A stretch of 64,000 nt of DNA from an uncultured Microthrixaceae bacterium (GTDB lineage Bacteria; Actinomycetota; Acidimicrobiia; Acidimicrobiales; DATDAH01). The notes under the pieces are model-generated. The model made no database searches. It was not told where the DNA came from and saw only the letters and a list, made by a program, of their open reading frames with translations. Positions 55,100 to 63,548 of the stretch are shown here, piece by piece (positions within the stretch are counted from its first letter, which is position 1; every line of letters starts with the position of its first letter). A program made the translations under genes and the position numbers. The stretch is from contig CAVPAN010000016.1 in assembly GCA_963701565.1 (NCBI GenBank), positions 129,272-193,271 of the forward strand. Direction: 5' to 3'.

Positions 55100-56239
55100 T
55101 CACAGGCGGAGCCGCGTGACGACCGCCCGCAGCTCGAGCGAGCACCGCACCACGCCGTTCCGGGCCGCTTCCGCCCGGACGCACCAGGCGGCGTCGAGAT
55201 CTGCGGCGGGCACGGCCCGGGCCTCCGCCAGCAGGTCATCAATCGCCGCTACGGCGGCGCGCAGGGACCGGCCGGCCGTGGGGTCGAGGTCGAGCGGCGG
55301 CGCCGAGGCCAGCTCGCGGGCCCGACCAGGATCGCCGGCGCGCACCGCCTCGATGACCGCCCCGAGCCGCTGGTAGCGGTCGGCGGCGACGTCCTCACCG
55401 GGAAGCACGAACGAGGCGTGCGGCGTGCTGAGCGTGTCGAACACGTAGGCGTCACCGACCTCGACCTCGGCCCGGAACCACCACTCCTGCGCCGGATCGT
55501 GGAGGCACACCCAGATGTCGTTCACCGACTGGTCCTCCTCCCGGTCGAGGAAGCCGTCGACCGGGAGCTGGTAGCGCAGCTGATGCCGCCGTCGATCGAG
55601 CGATCGGCCGTCCATCAAGGTGAGCGGCCGCGTCACCTGGCGCAGTGGTAACCAGAGGTTGACCAGGTGCTGGGTCGACGTTTGGTTGTGGCTGTCGGGG
55701 CTGTCGTGCCCGAACACCTCCGCGGCACCGCCGTCGAACAGTTGGCGCAGCGGCGTCCCGAGGACGTCCTGGTCGATGTGGACGTTGATCGCGCCGTGGT
55801 GCTCGGCGCCGTCGACCTCTATGCCGCCCGGCCCGGCGTGGCGCACGATCACGCCCTCGGCAGCCACGTGGTCGACGCGCAGCCGGGAGCCGTCGGCGAG
55901 CTCGATGGCGGCCCCCGTCAGCAGCGAACGCAGGCGCGTGACCTGCTCGTCACCGGCCTCGCCGGCGTCGCGGATCTCGCCCAGCAGGGAGGTGAGGCCC
56001 GGCTGCCGGGGCAGGCGGACCGCCTCGAAGCCCGCCTCGAGGAACCTCGGGGCCTCGTCGGCGCCGTCGATCTCGTTGATGGCGCAGACCTCGAACGCCA
56101 CGCCCCGGTCGTCGTAGGCCGTGGAGCGCTCGCGGGTCGGCGACCGGAGCAACCCGGGCCGCTCCTGGTCGGCCACGACGGTCCCAGCCGGAGCGAAGCC
56201 GATCGGTGCCGTGACCCTGGTCGTCGCTGCCGCAGCCAT
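55100..56239 (-). CDS. CmcJ/NvfI-like putative Fe(II)/2OG oxidoreductase
   Basis: GFE, VHIDQ, NLWLPL..PLTLMD..SL, FD..TPHASF, RCSLELR. Confidence 0.6.
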   Translation of the reverse strand: MAAAATTRVTAPIGFAPAGTVVADQERPGLLRSPTRERSTAYDDRGVAFEVCAINEIDGADEAPRFLEAGFEAVRLPRQPGLTSLLGEIRDAGEAGDEQVTRLRSLLTGAAIELADGSRLRVDHVAAEGVIVRHAGPGGIEVDGAEHHGAINVHIDQDVLGTPLRQLFDGGAAEVFGHDSPDSHNQTSTQHLVNLWLPLRQVTRPLTLMDGRSLDRRRHQLRYQLPVDGFLDREEDQSVNDIWVCLHDPAQEWWFRAEVEVGDAYVFDTLSTPHASFVLPGEDVAADRYQRLGAVIEAVRAGDPGRARELASAPPLDLDPTAGRSLRAAVAAIDDLLAEARAVPAADLDAAWCVRAEAARNGVVRCSLELRAVVTRLRL

Positions 56240-56290
56240 GCCTTCGCCATTGTGCTCCGCCCGAGGACGCGGGGCGAACAACGGCGCAGC

Positions 56291-56322
56291 TTCGAACCAG
56301 TGACCGCTGCCCTGTGAAGGCA
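56291..56322 (-). repeat. tRNA-Val 3' fragment (att-like copy B)
   Basis: ttcgaaccagtgaccgctgccctgtgaaggca followed by the conserved flank, TGACC-like repeats and a GTGGTCT pair. Confidence 0.8.
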
Positions 56323-56485
56323 CGCGACACACTTCTGAGAACCCCGGAGTTCTGCGGTCTCCCTAGGTCAGCAGCCGATTCCGGCTGACCGCCAGTTACC
56401 GCTGTTGACCATGCGTGCCCATCATTTCGTGGTCTGGACGTGGTCTGGCGGCAAGGATCTCGCTCGGTGGGGGAATCATCGGCCC

Positions 56486-56511
56486 AACGTTTCAGGGGGC
56501 TGCGGCGTGTA
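56486..56511 (+). promoter_or_regulatory. ECF-type promoter AAC-N17-CGTGTA, probably leaderless
   Basis: aac gtttcagggggctgcgg cgtgta, then 6 nt, then GTG; conserved in three paralogs. Confidence 0.65.
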
Positions 56512-56517
56512 GCTGTC

Positions 56518-57039
56518 GTGGACGTGATGACCGCGCCGGCTGACTATGTCGGCGCCCCGACCTTCGAGTCGTTCTTCGCGGCCGAGTACACGCGGGTGGT
56601 GGGGCTGGCCTTCGTGCTCTGCGGCCGGCGGGCCGTGGCCGAGGAGGTGGCCCAGGACGCCTTCGTCCAGGCCTACCGGCGCTGGTCGGTGGTGGCCGGC
56701 TACGACGATCCCGGGGCTTGGGTGAAGCGGGTGGCGGTCAACCTGGCCACCTCGACCTTGCGGCGACGGACCCGGGAGGCACGGGCGCTGGCCCGGCTGG
56801 CTGCCCGCCGGACCGACCCGGCCGAGCTGGTGATCACCAACGAGGCCTTCTGGGAGGCCGTTCGCCGCCTGCCGAAGCGGCAGGCCCAGTGCGTCGCCCT
56901 CCGCTATCTCGAGGACCGGTCGATCGCCGAGATCGCCGCCGTGCTCGACATCGCCGAGGCCACCGTCCGGGGCTATCTCCACCACGGCCGAGCCGCATTG
57001 GCGGTCTCGCTCGACGTGCACCTCGAGGAGGAGACATGA
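56518..57039 (+). CDS. ECF RNA polymerase sigma factor (SigE family)
   Basis: AEEVAQDAF..W..DDPGAWVKRVAVN; LPKRQ..LRYLED..EIAAVL..TVRGYLHHGR. Confidence 0.92.
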   Translation: MDVMTAPADYVGAPTFESFFAAEYTRVVGLAFVLCGRRAVAEEVAQDAFVQAYRRWSVVAGYDDPGAWVKRVAVNLATSTLRRRTREARALARLAARRTDPAELVITNEAFWEAVRRLPKRQAQCVALRYLEDRSIAEIAAVLDIAEATVRGYLHHGRAALAVSLDVHLEEET

Positions 57040-58247
57040 ACCTCGACCAGCTGGCCCGCGACGCGGGTGCTGAAGTCCGTGACCGGGTCGCCACCATCGA
57101 GGCGCCCACACCCGGCGCGATCGCCCGCCGCTCGCGCCGGGGCCGGCTGGCGACCGGGGTGGCTGCCATCGCGGTCCTCGCCTTCGGCGGCGTCGGGCTG
57201 GCCGTCGCCCTCCAAGATGACCCCGCGCCTACGCGCCTGGATGTGACCCACGACCCGGACGCGGCGGTGGCCGACTTCCCGAACCTGACGACGACCTTCG
57301 TCTCGCCGAGGAACGGCTTCTCGGTCGATCATCCCGACCGGGTCGCGCTCACGCCAGCCGAGCAGCTCTGGGGTTTCGTCGACGACGGATTCGATGTCTT
57401 GGAGACTGGCTTGGCCGCCGTGTTCAAGGGAGCGTCGACAGAGTTCTCGCTTGTGGTCTCGCCGACGGAGTTCCCGGACGGGATCTCGATCGATGAACGG
57501 GTCGACGAGTACCTCGAGGGCTTCTTGCTCGGCGGCTGCGGTGTTCCTCGCAGCCAGCAGGCAGAGATCACCATCGACGGGCAGTCCGGCAGGATCGCGG
57601 AGTGTCCGAACCACATCGAGGCAACCGTGGTCGCCGGCGGTCGGCTCTATCTCTTCACCCTGTCGCACCACCGCCGTGATGCCAGAGCGGTCTTCGACGC
57701 CTTCGCCGCCACCATCGACCTGACCCCGGAGACCGCGGTCGACTTCCCGGGCCTGACCACGACCTTCGTCTCGCCGACCTACGGCTACTCCTTCGGGTGG
57801 ATCGACAGAGGAGGGGGGCTCTGGCCGGCCACGGAGCTCTGGGATCCGGTCAACCAACAGCCCATCAGCAACGCCGACAGCCCCTTCAGCAACCCCGACA
57901 ACCCCTTCGGGCGGTTCGACTACGTGGAGACCGGCTTCGGCGCCGATTTCCAGGCCGGGTCGACAGAGATCCCGGAGGGGGTCTCCATCGATGAATTGGT
58001 CGACGAGTACGTCTCGCCCAGCGGGTGCGGTCGGCCGCGCAGCCAGCAAGAGGAGATCACCATCGATGGGCAGCCGGGAAGGATCTTCGAGTGTCCGAGT
58101 CCGACCGACCGGATACTCGCGACCGTCGTCGCCAGCGGGCGGCTCTATCTCTTCACCATGCTCCACCACCGCACCGACGCCAGGGAGTTCTTCGACACCT
58201 GGGTCGCCACCATCGACCTGCGTCCGGAGGCTGCAGCGGAGCCCTAG
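57036..58247 (+). CDS. membrane-anchored putative anti-sigma/sensor with a duplicated extracellular domain
   Basis: Coupled to the sigma gene; TM; two copies of DFPxLTTTFVSP..GCGxPRSQQ.EITIDGQ.GRI.ECP..GRLYLFT..ATIDL. Confidence 0.85.
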   Translation: MNLDQLARDAGAEVRDRVATIEAPTPGAIARRSRRGRLATGVAAIAVLAFGGVGLAVALQDDPAPTRLDVTHDPDAAVADFPNLTTTFVSPRNGFSVDHPDRVALTPAEQLWGFVDDGFDVLETGLAAVFKGASTEFSLVVSPTEFPDGISIDERVDEYLEGFLLGGCGVPRSQQAEITIDGQSGRIAECPNHIEATVVAGGRLYLFTLSHHRRDARAVFDAFAATIDLTPETAVDFPGLTTTFVSPTYGYSFGWIDRGGGLWPATELWDPVNQQPISNADSPFSNPDNPFGRFDYVETGFGADFQAGSTEIPEGVSIDELVDEYVSPSGCGRPRSQQEEITIDGQPGRIFECPSPTDRILATVVASGRLYLFTMLHHRTDAREFFDTWVATIDLRPEAAAEP

Positions 58248-58274
58248 CCCGATGACATCATCGCCATTCTGTCT

Positions 58275-58536
58275 GTGGTCTATTCGTGGTCTGAACGGCG
58301 ACACGATCGTGCTCATCCAGAGGCACGTCCCCCCAAAATCGGTTTCTGACCAGGACATTCACCGAGTGGGCGATGAGGGTGTCGAACCCTCCGCCTCTGC
58401 CGTGTGAAGGCACGCGACACCTCCACGAGAACCCCGAGAGTCCGGGTTTTCCCCAGGCCAGAGGCCGGTTCGGACTGACCGTCGATGACCGCCAGTGACC
58501 ATGAGTGACCACAATTTGTGGTCTGTTTGTGGTCTG
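58275..58536. mobile_element. complete attP-like junction C: arm pair, tRNA-Val core, TGACC x4, arm pair
   Basis: GTGGTCT at 58275/58286 and 58518/58529; core 58366-58412; TGACC at 58476/58486/58496/58506. Confidence 0.75.
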
Positions 58537-58574
58537 GCAGCGAAGCTGTCGCGCCGTGGAGGGGTCATTGACTG

Positions 58575-58600
58575 AACGTTTCGGGGGGCTGCGGCGTGTA
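58575..58600 (+). promoter_or_regulatory. ECF-type promoter AAC-N17-CGTGTA
   Basis: Same layout as 56486; GTG at 58607. Confidence 0.62.
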
Positions 58601-58606
58601 ACGGCC

Positions 58607-59123
58607 GTGGACGTCGTCACGGTGCCTGCCGACTACGCCCCCGCCCCGATCTTCGAGTCATTCTTCGCGGCCGAGTACGCCCAAGTGGTGGGGCTGGCCT
58701 TCGTGCTCTGCGGCCGGCGGGCCGTGGCCGAGGAGGTGGCCCGGGACGCCTTCGTCCAGGCCTACCGGCGCTGGTCGGTGGTGCCGGGCTACGACGATCC
58801 GGGGGGCCTGGGTGCGGCTGGTGGCGGTGAACCTGGTCACCTCGACCCTGCGCCGACGGGCCCGAGAGGTCCGGGCGCTGGCGCGGCTGGCCGGCCGGCG
58901 GTCACCCGTCGCCGAGCTGGTGGTCACCGACGAGGTCTTCTGTGAGGCCGTGCGCCGGTTGCCGAAGCGGCAGGCCCAGTGCGTCGCCCTCCACTACCTG
59001 GAGGACCGGTCGGTGGCCGACGTCGCCGCCCTGCTCGACCTCGCCGAGGCCACCGTCCGGGTCCACCTCCACCAGGGTCGAGCCGCCCTGGCCACCGCCC
59101 TCGGAGAGGAGAACGACTGGTGA
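58607..59123 (+). CDS. ECF sigma factor paralog (frameshift in the G-run ~58801)
   Basis: High similarity to 56518-57039 along its length. Confidence 0.85.
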
Positions 59124-59659
59124 GCCTCGACGAGCGGGCCCGGGACGTGTGTGCCGAGGTCCGTCAGCAGGTGGCCACCATCGAGCGGCCGGGGGCTGGT
59201 ATGACCGCCCGCCGCTCCCGCCGGGGCCGGGTGGCGACCGGGATGGCCACCCTCGCTGTACTTGCCCTCGCCGGCGTCGGGCTGGCCGCCGCCCTGCAGG
59301 ACGACCCCGCGCCCACCCGACTGCAGGTCACCGACGACCCCGCGCCGCCCACGACGCTTCCGGCCAATGGCCGGGTGGTACTCCGGCAACCCGGGCCTGC
59401 TGCAGGTTCCCGTCGACCCCGTTCGACCGCCCATCGTGCTCTCCGACGACCCGCTCACCAACCTGTACACCGACTACACAACCAAGCCCTGGATCGCGCT
59501 CCAGGCATGGCAGCCGGTCCCGTAGCCATGCCGTCGGATGCGGTCTGGCGACGAGGATGTCGGGCAGTGGGCGGCGGCTACGTGTGGGCCCGGATCACCG
59601 AGGTCCTCGTCGCCCAGATCGACCCCGCCACCGACACCGTGGTGGCCCGCTGGCTCTGA
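59120..59659 (+). CDS. anti-sigma/sensor paralog with a different, possibly degenerate C-terminus
   Basis: First ~74 aa match the 57036 protein up to DDPAPTRLxVTxDP, then the sequences are unrelated. Confidence 0.65.
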   Translation: MSLDERARDVCAEVRQQVATIERPGAGMTARRSRRGRVATGMATLAVLALAGVGLAAALQDDPAPTRLQVTDDPAPPTTLPANGRVVLRQPGPAAGSRRPRSTAHRALRRPAHQPVHRLHNQALDRAPGMAAGPVAMPSDAVWRRGCRAVGGGYVWARITEVLVAQIDPATDTVVARWL

Positions 59660-59680
59660 AACCCCCGGCCTGGCGGGTGC

Positions 59681-60853
59681 TCAGTCAGGGAGGGACGAGA
59701 GAGCGGCGATGAGGGCGTCGATGTCGGTGCCATCGTTGTAGGGGGCCAGCGAGACACGGATCCGTCCCCCGCGGGAACCGCAGACGATGCCGGCGGCGGT
59801 CAGGCGCGACAGCGTTCCGGCGGGCAGGTCACCCTCCCGCCCCAGCGAGATCAGATGGTGAGCGGCACCGGCGGCGTCCAGGTCCCGGAACGGTCGCCAC
59901 CCGAAAGGCCGAAGCCCTTCGATGAGGCGGTGACCGAGCGTCTCGGCGTGCGCTGAGATCTCTGCCGCACCGCCGGCGAGCAGTTCGGTGATCGCCGCCG
60001 TCAGCCCGGCCACCGAGACATAGGACATCGTCGACTGCGTGTAGCGCCGCCCACCCTCGGCGAGCATCAGTCGGGTGGCGTCGAACGAAAACGGATCGGG
60101 TGCCCCCATCCAGCCCGGCAGCGGCGGGGGGCGATCGAGCAACGACTCGTGGATGGCCCCGATGGCCACCCCACCATGGCCGCCCAGCCACTTGTACCCG
60201 CTCGACACGATCAGGTCGGCATCCCAGGCAGCCGCGTCGATCGGCTCCGCTCCCGCCTCCTGGGATGCATCGATCACCAGCCGAGCTCCGACGGCATCGG
60301 TGGCGGCCCGGAGCCGAGGCACATCGACACGACTCCCCGTGGCGTACTGCACAGAGCCAACGGCGACGACCGCCGTCGTCTCGTCCACCGCGGCGACTAC
60401 GGCATCGGTCAGGTCCGTGGTCGCCGTGTCGAGCACGAAATGGACGCCAGGCCCGCCTCGATCCTCGGCCAGCAACCACGGGCGGGTCACCGCCGGGAAG
60501 TCGGTGGCGACCAGCACGACGGTGCGGTCCGCGGGCGGCGCCAGCAGCAGCGGCGCCTGACCCAGGAGCTCGCTGGCCCCTGACAGCAACGCGACCTGGC
60601 TCTCACCAGTGCCCAGCACCGCAGCCGCCTGGGCCCTCAGTGCCCCGAGGTAGGCCACCTCGTCGTCGTCACTGAGGTGCAGGTTGCCGTGACGGCCGAC
60701 GTCCTCCAGGAATCGGTGCATGGCCTCCACCGCCGGGCGACCCAAGAGCCCGAGGGCCGCCTGGTTGAGGTAGACCGCCTCGTCGAGGCTGGCGTAGTCG
60801 GCCCGAGGCAACACCGCCGCCGGGTGGTCCTTGGTGTCTCGCGACCTGTCCAC
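59681..60853 (-). CDS. class V PLP aminotransferase / cysteine desulfurase-like
   Basis: YLNQAALG, DFP, VQYATG, DASQ, SSGYKWL, IRVSLAPYN. Confidence 0.9.
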   Translation of the reverse strand: MDRSRDTKDHPAAVLPRADYASLDEAVYLNQAALGLLGRPAVEAMHRFLEDVGRHGNLHLSDDDEVAYLGALRAQAAAVLGTGESQVALLSGASELLGQAPLLLAPPADRTVVLVATDFPAVTRPWLLAEDRGGPGVHFVLDTATTDLTDAVVAAVDETTAVVAVGSVQYATGSRVDVPRLRAATDAVGARLVIDASQEAGAEPIDAAAWDADLIVSSGYKWLGGHGGVAIGAIHESLLDRPPPLPGWMGAPDPFSFDATRLMLAEGGRRYTQSTMSYVSVAGLTAAITELLAGGAAEISAHAETLGHRLIEGLRPFGWRPFRDLDAAGAAHHLISLGREGDLPAGTLSRLTAAGIVCGSRGGRIRVSLAPYNDGTDIDALIAALSSLPD

Positions 60854-60932
60854 GACTGAGTTCTAGCCCGACGCCATCTCGGCCAAGCCTACCTGATCGA
60901 CGCATCGCGGCCGGCGCCGGCCAGGGGAACGA

Positions 60933-60981
60933 TGGTGGGCGATACTGGTTTCGAACCAGTGACCTCTGCCGTGTGAAGGCA
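60933..60981 (-). repeat. best-preserved tRNA-Val(CAC) 3' half including CCA (att-like copy D)
   Basis: Reverse complement is tgcc-ttCACac-ggcag-aggtc-actgg-ttcgaaa-ccagt-atcgccc-acca; no D-arm or 5' acceptor strand upstream. Confidence 0.9.
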
Positions 60982-61376
60982 CGCGATACCTCCGTGAGAA
61001 CCCCGGGATTCCGGCGTGTCCCCAGGTCGGCAGCCCATTCCGAGTGACCGTTGGTGACCCGGAGACAGACGGACCCGAACGGGCTGGAGCTCTGGTACCC
61101 CTACAGCGTCACCTGGTCGCCGGACGGCACGACGCTGCTCTACTCAGCGTGGGCCACGTCGACCGGCGTCCTGGCGGTTCGCGCGGACACGCCGACAGAG
61201 GTGACGGTGCTCCACGACGCTCGTCGTTGACAGGCTTCGTCTACGACCACACATGGGTGCCGGTCCAGATGTGGGGCCGGGAGCCAGGGTGACGGGCCGC
61301 TCGGCGCGCGACATCGCCACCCTGCTCGAGGCGGTGGCTGCCGGAGTGGTTGCGCTCAGCGCGCAGCCTCCAACGG

Positions 61377-61398
61377 CCCCGCTCACCCATGAGCGGGG
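61377..61398 (-). terminator. hairpin downstream of the P450
   Basis: ccccgctca-ccca-tgagcgggg, 9-bp stem, about 20 nt past the stop; no clear U-tract. Confidence 0.4.
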
Positions 61399-61416
61399 TT
61401 CCAGCGCCACCGTCCC

Positions 61417-62736
61417 TCAGCGACGGGTGACGGTCACGGGCAGCCTGGTGTAGCCGTGCACGAAGGACGAGAAGGTCCGCTCGGGCTCGTCCTGGATCTC
61501 GATGCGCTCGAAACGCTCGAGGATCTCCTCCCACAGCACTCGGAGCTGGAGCTCGGCCAGCCTGCTGCCCATGCAGAAGTGGATGCCGTAGCCGAACGAG
61601 AGATGCCGGTCGGCATTTGGGCGTTCGATGTCGATGACATCCGCGTGCTCGAAGACGTCCTCGTCGCGGTTGGCCGACACGTACCACATGAGGATCTGGT
61701 CGCCCTCGAGGATCTGCTTGTCGCGGATCTCGCAGTCCCGGGTCGCGGTGCGGCGCATGTACGACAGCGGGGTCTGCCACCGGATGACCTCCGGGACCAG
61801 CTTCGGCACGAGACCGGGGTCGGCGACCAGCTTGTCGTACTGGTCACGGAAGGCGTTGAGCCCGTACACGCTCCCCGACATCGTGTTGCGGGTCGTGTCG
61901 TTGCCGCCCACGATCAGCAGCAGCAGGTTGCCGAGGTGGGCCAGCGTCGGCATGTCCTTGGTCGCCTCACCGTTCGCCAGCATCGAGACGAGATCGAAAC
62001 CGGGGTTGTCGCGGCGCTCGGCCCAGAGCCCCTCGAAGTAGGCGACGCACTCCATCAGCTCGTCGATCTTCTGCTGCTGGGTCTCGACCACGCCACCGGG
62101 CTCGGGGACTGCGAACACGATGTCGGACCAGCGGGTGAGCTTGCGTCGATCATCCAGCGGGAAGTCGAAGAGGGTCGCCAGCAGCAGCGTCGTGAGCTCG
62201 ATGGACACGGTGTCCACCCAGTCGAAGGTCTCGCCCTCGGGCAACGACTCCAAGACGTCCACGGTCCGCTCACGGATCAGCGGCTCGAGGTTGCGGAGGT
62301 TGCTCGGCGCCGACACGCCCCGCACCGTCTTGCGCTGTTCGGTGTGGGTCGGCGGGTCCATCGAGATGAACGAGGTCAGGCGCTGGAGCAGAGCGTCGCT
62401 CTCCGGGCTGGGTCGGAGCCCGAGCGTGATGCCCCGCGCCGACGAGAACGTCTCCCAGTCACCGTCCACCGCACGGACGTCGTCATAGGCCGTGACCGAC
62501 CAGTACCGGCCGGAGGTCTCCAACTCGTTGAGGTGCACCGGGTCCTCGGCCCGCAGGCGGGCAAAGTGGTCCTGCCAGCGGTCCTCCCTGAACAGGTGGG
62601 GGTTGGCCGGGTTGATGTCGGCCAACGCGAGATCGGCGGCGGCGGGAACGCCGGCGCCGATCTCGGCCATCTCCATCTCGGGGGAGATGAAGTCAGCAGA
62701 CAGGTAGCCCTGCTTCTCGTCGGTCGTGTCGGTCAT
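61417..62736 (-). CDS. cytochrome P450, CYP153-like
   Basis: FISMDPP, LLIVGGNDTTRN, EVIRWQTP, HLSFGYGIHFCMG. Confidence 0.92.
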   Translation of the reverse strand: MTDTTDEKQGYLSADFISPEMEMAEIGAGVPAAADLALADINPANPHLFREDRWQDHFARLRAEDPVHLNELETSGRYWSVTAYDDVRAVDGDWETFSSARGITLGLRPSPESDALLQRLTSFISMDPPTHTEQRKTVRGVSAPSNLRNLEPLIRERTVDVLESLPEGETFDWVDTVSIELTTLLLATLFDFPLDDRRKLTRWSDIVFAVPEPGGVVETQQQKIDELMECVAYFEGLWAERRDNPGFDLVSMLANGEATKDMPTLAHLGNLLLLIVGGNDTTRNTMSGSVYGLNAFRDQYDKLVADPGLVPKLVPEVIRWQTPLSYMRRTATRDCEIRDKQILEGDQILMWYVSANRDEDVFEHADVIDIERPNADRHLSFGYGIHFCMGSRLAELQLRVLWEEILERFERIEIQDEPERTFSSFVHGYTRLPVTVTRR

Positions 62737-62870
62737 CGATTGCCCCCTCGGTCGACGATCAGTGTGCCCCATCCCGCCTCCTGCGCACCGAGGTCGACGG
62801 CCCAGGCCCTCACCTTCGCCGATCGACATGATCCACAGGTGTGTCACGCTTGGGCTGTGGGGAGGGCACG

Positions 62871-63142
62871 GTGAGTCAACCACCTCTGCGGTACACGACG
62901 TCGCCGGACGGTGTGCGCATCGCGTACACGTCCGCCGGTGCCGGCGAGGTGGTGTTCATGTCCTCGCCCCTCACCTTCAGATCCCGGTCGCGACGGTCGT
63001 GGCGATGGTGGCCGACGGCTTGACCGCTGAGGAGATCGTCGCCGATCTGCCTGACCTCGAGAAGGAAGACGTCGCCGAAGCCCTGCGCTACGTGGCCGAG
63101 GCCGTGAGCGAGCGACAACTGCCACTCACCCAGCCTGCGTGA
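62871..63142 (+). pseudogene. hydrolase-regulator N-terminal fragment joined to a 5'-truncated DUF433 antitoxin
   Basis: RYTTSPDGVRIAY fragment, then IPVATVVAMVADG..EEIVADLPDL..DVAEALRY. Confidence 0.65.
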
Positions 63143-63484
63143 AGTTCCTGGTCGACGAGAACCCTCGCCGACCTGCTCCGGACCGCCGGCCATGCACACA
63201 GGCGACATCGACCTGGCCACCGCCGACGACCGCTCGATCATCACGACGGCCGTGCAGCAGAACCGGGTCATCGTGTCGGCCGACATCGACTTCGGCACCC
63301 TCCTCGCCCAGAGCGGTGCCAGATCGCCATCGGTTCTGCTGCTCCGGCCGCGCAGCCCCGGCGAGCCCGACAGCTCGCCGACCTCCTACTGGCGAATCTC
63401 GACGCCGTCGCCGACGACCTGGAGGCCGGAGCGATCGTCGTCGTCGAGGACGAACGCCTCAGGATCAGACACCTCCCCATCTGA
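63139..63484 (+). pseudogene. DUF5615 PIN-like toxin (frameshifted, internal deletion)
   Basis: KFLVDEN, DD..I, RVIVSADIDFG, PSVLLLR, RIRHLPI; overlaps the DUF433 stop. Confidence 0.75.
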
Positions 63485-63548
63485 GTCGCACAGGCCAGCA
63501 AGTCAGCGACGTTGGTCAGTCGCTGAATCGCCCACTTGAATGGGCCCG

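Noticed and set aside
60933-60981. Intact tRNA-Val gene
   Set aside because: Only the anticodon arm, T-arm and 3' acceptor strand are present; no D-arm or 5' acceptor strand
61060-61370. Possible integrase or excisionase remnant after att copy D
   Set aside because: No tyrosine-recombinase or HTH motif recognisable in the translated frames
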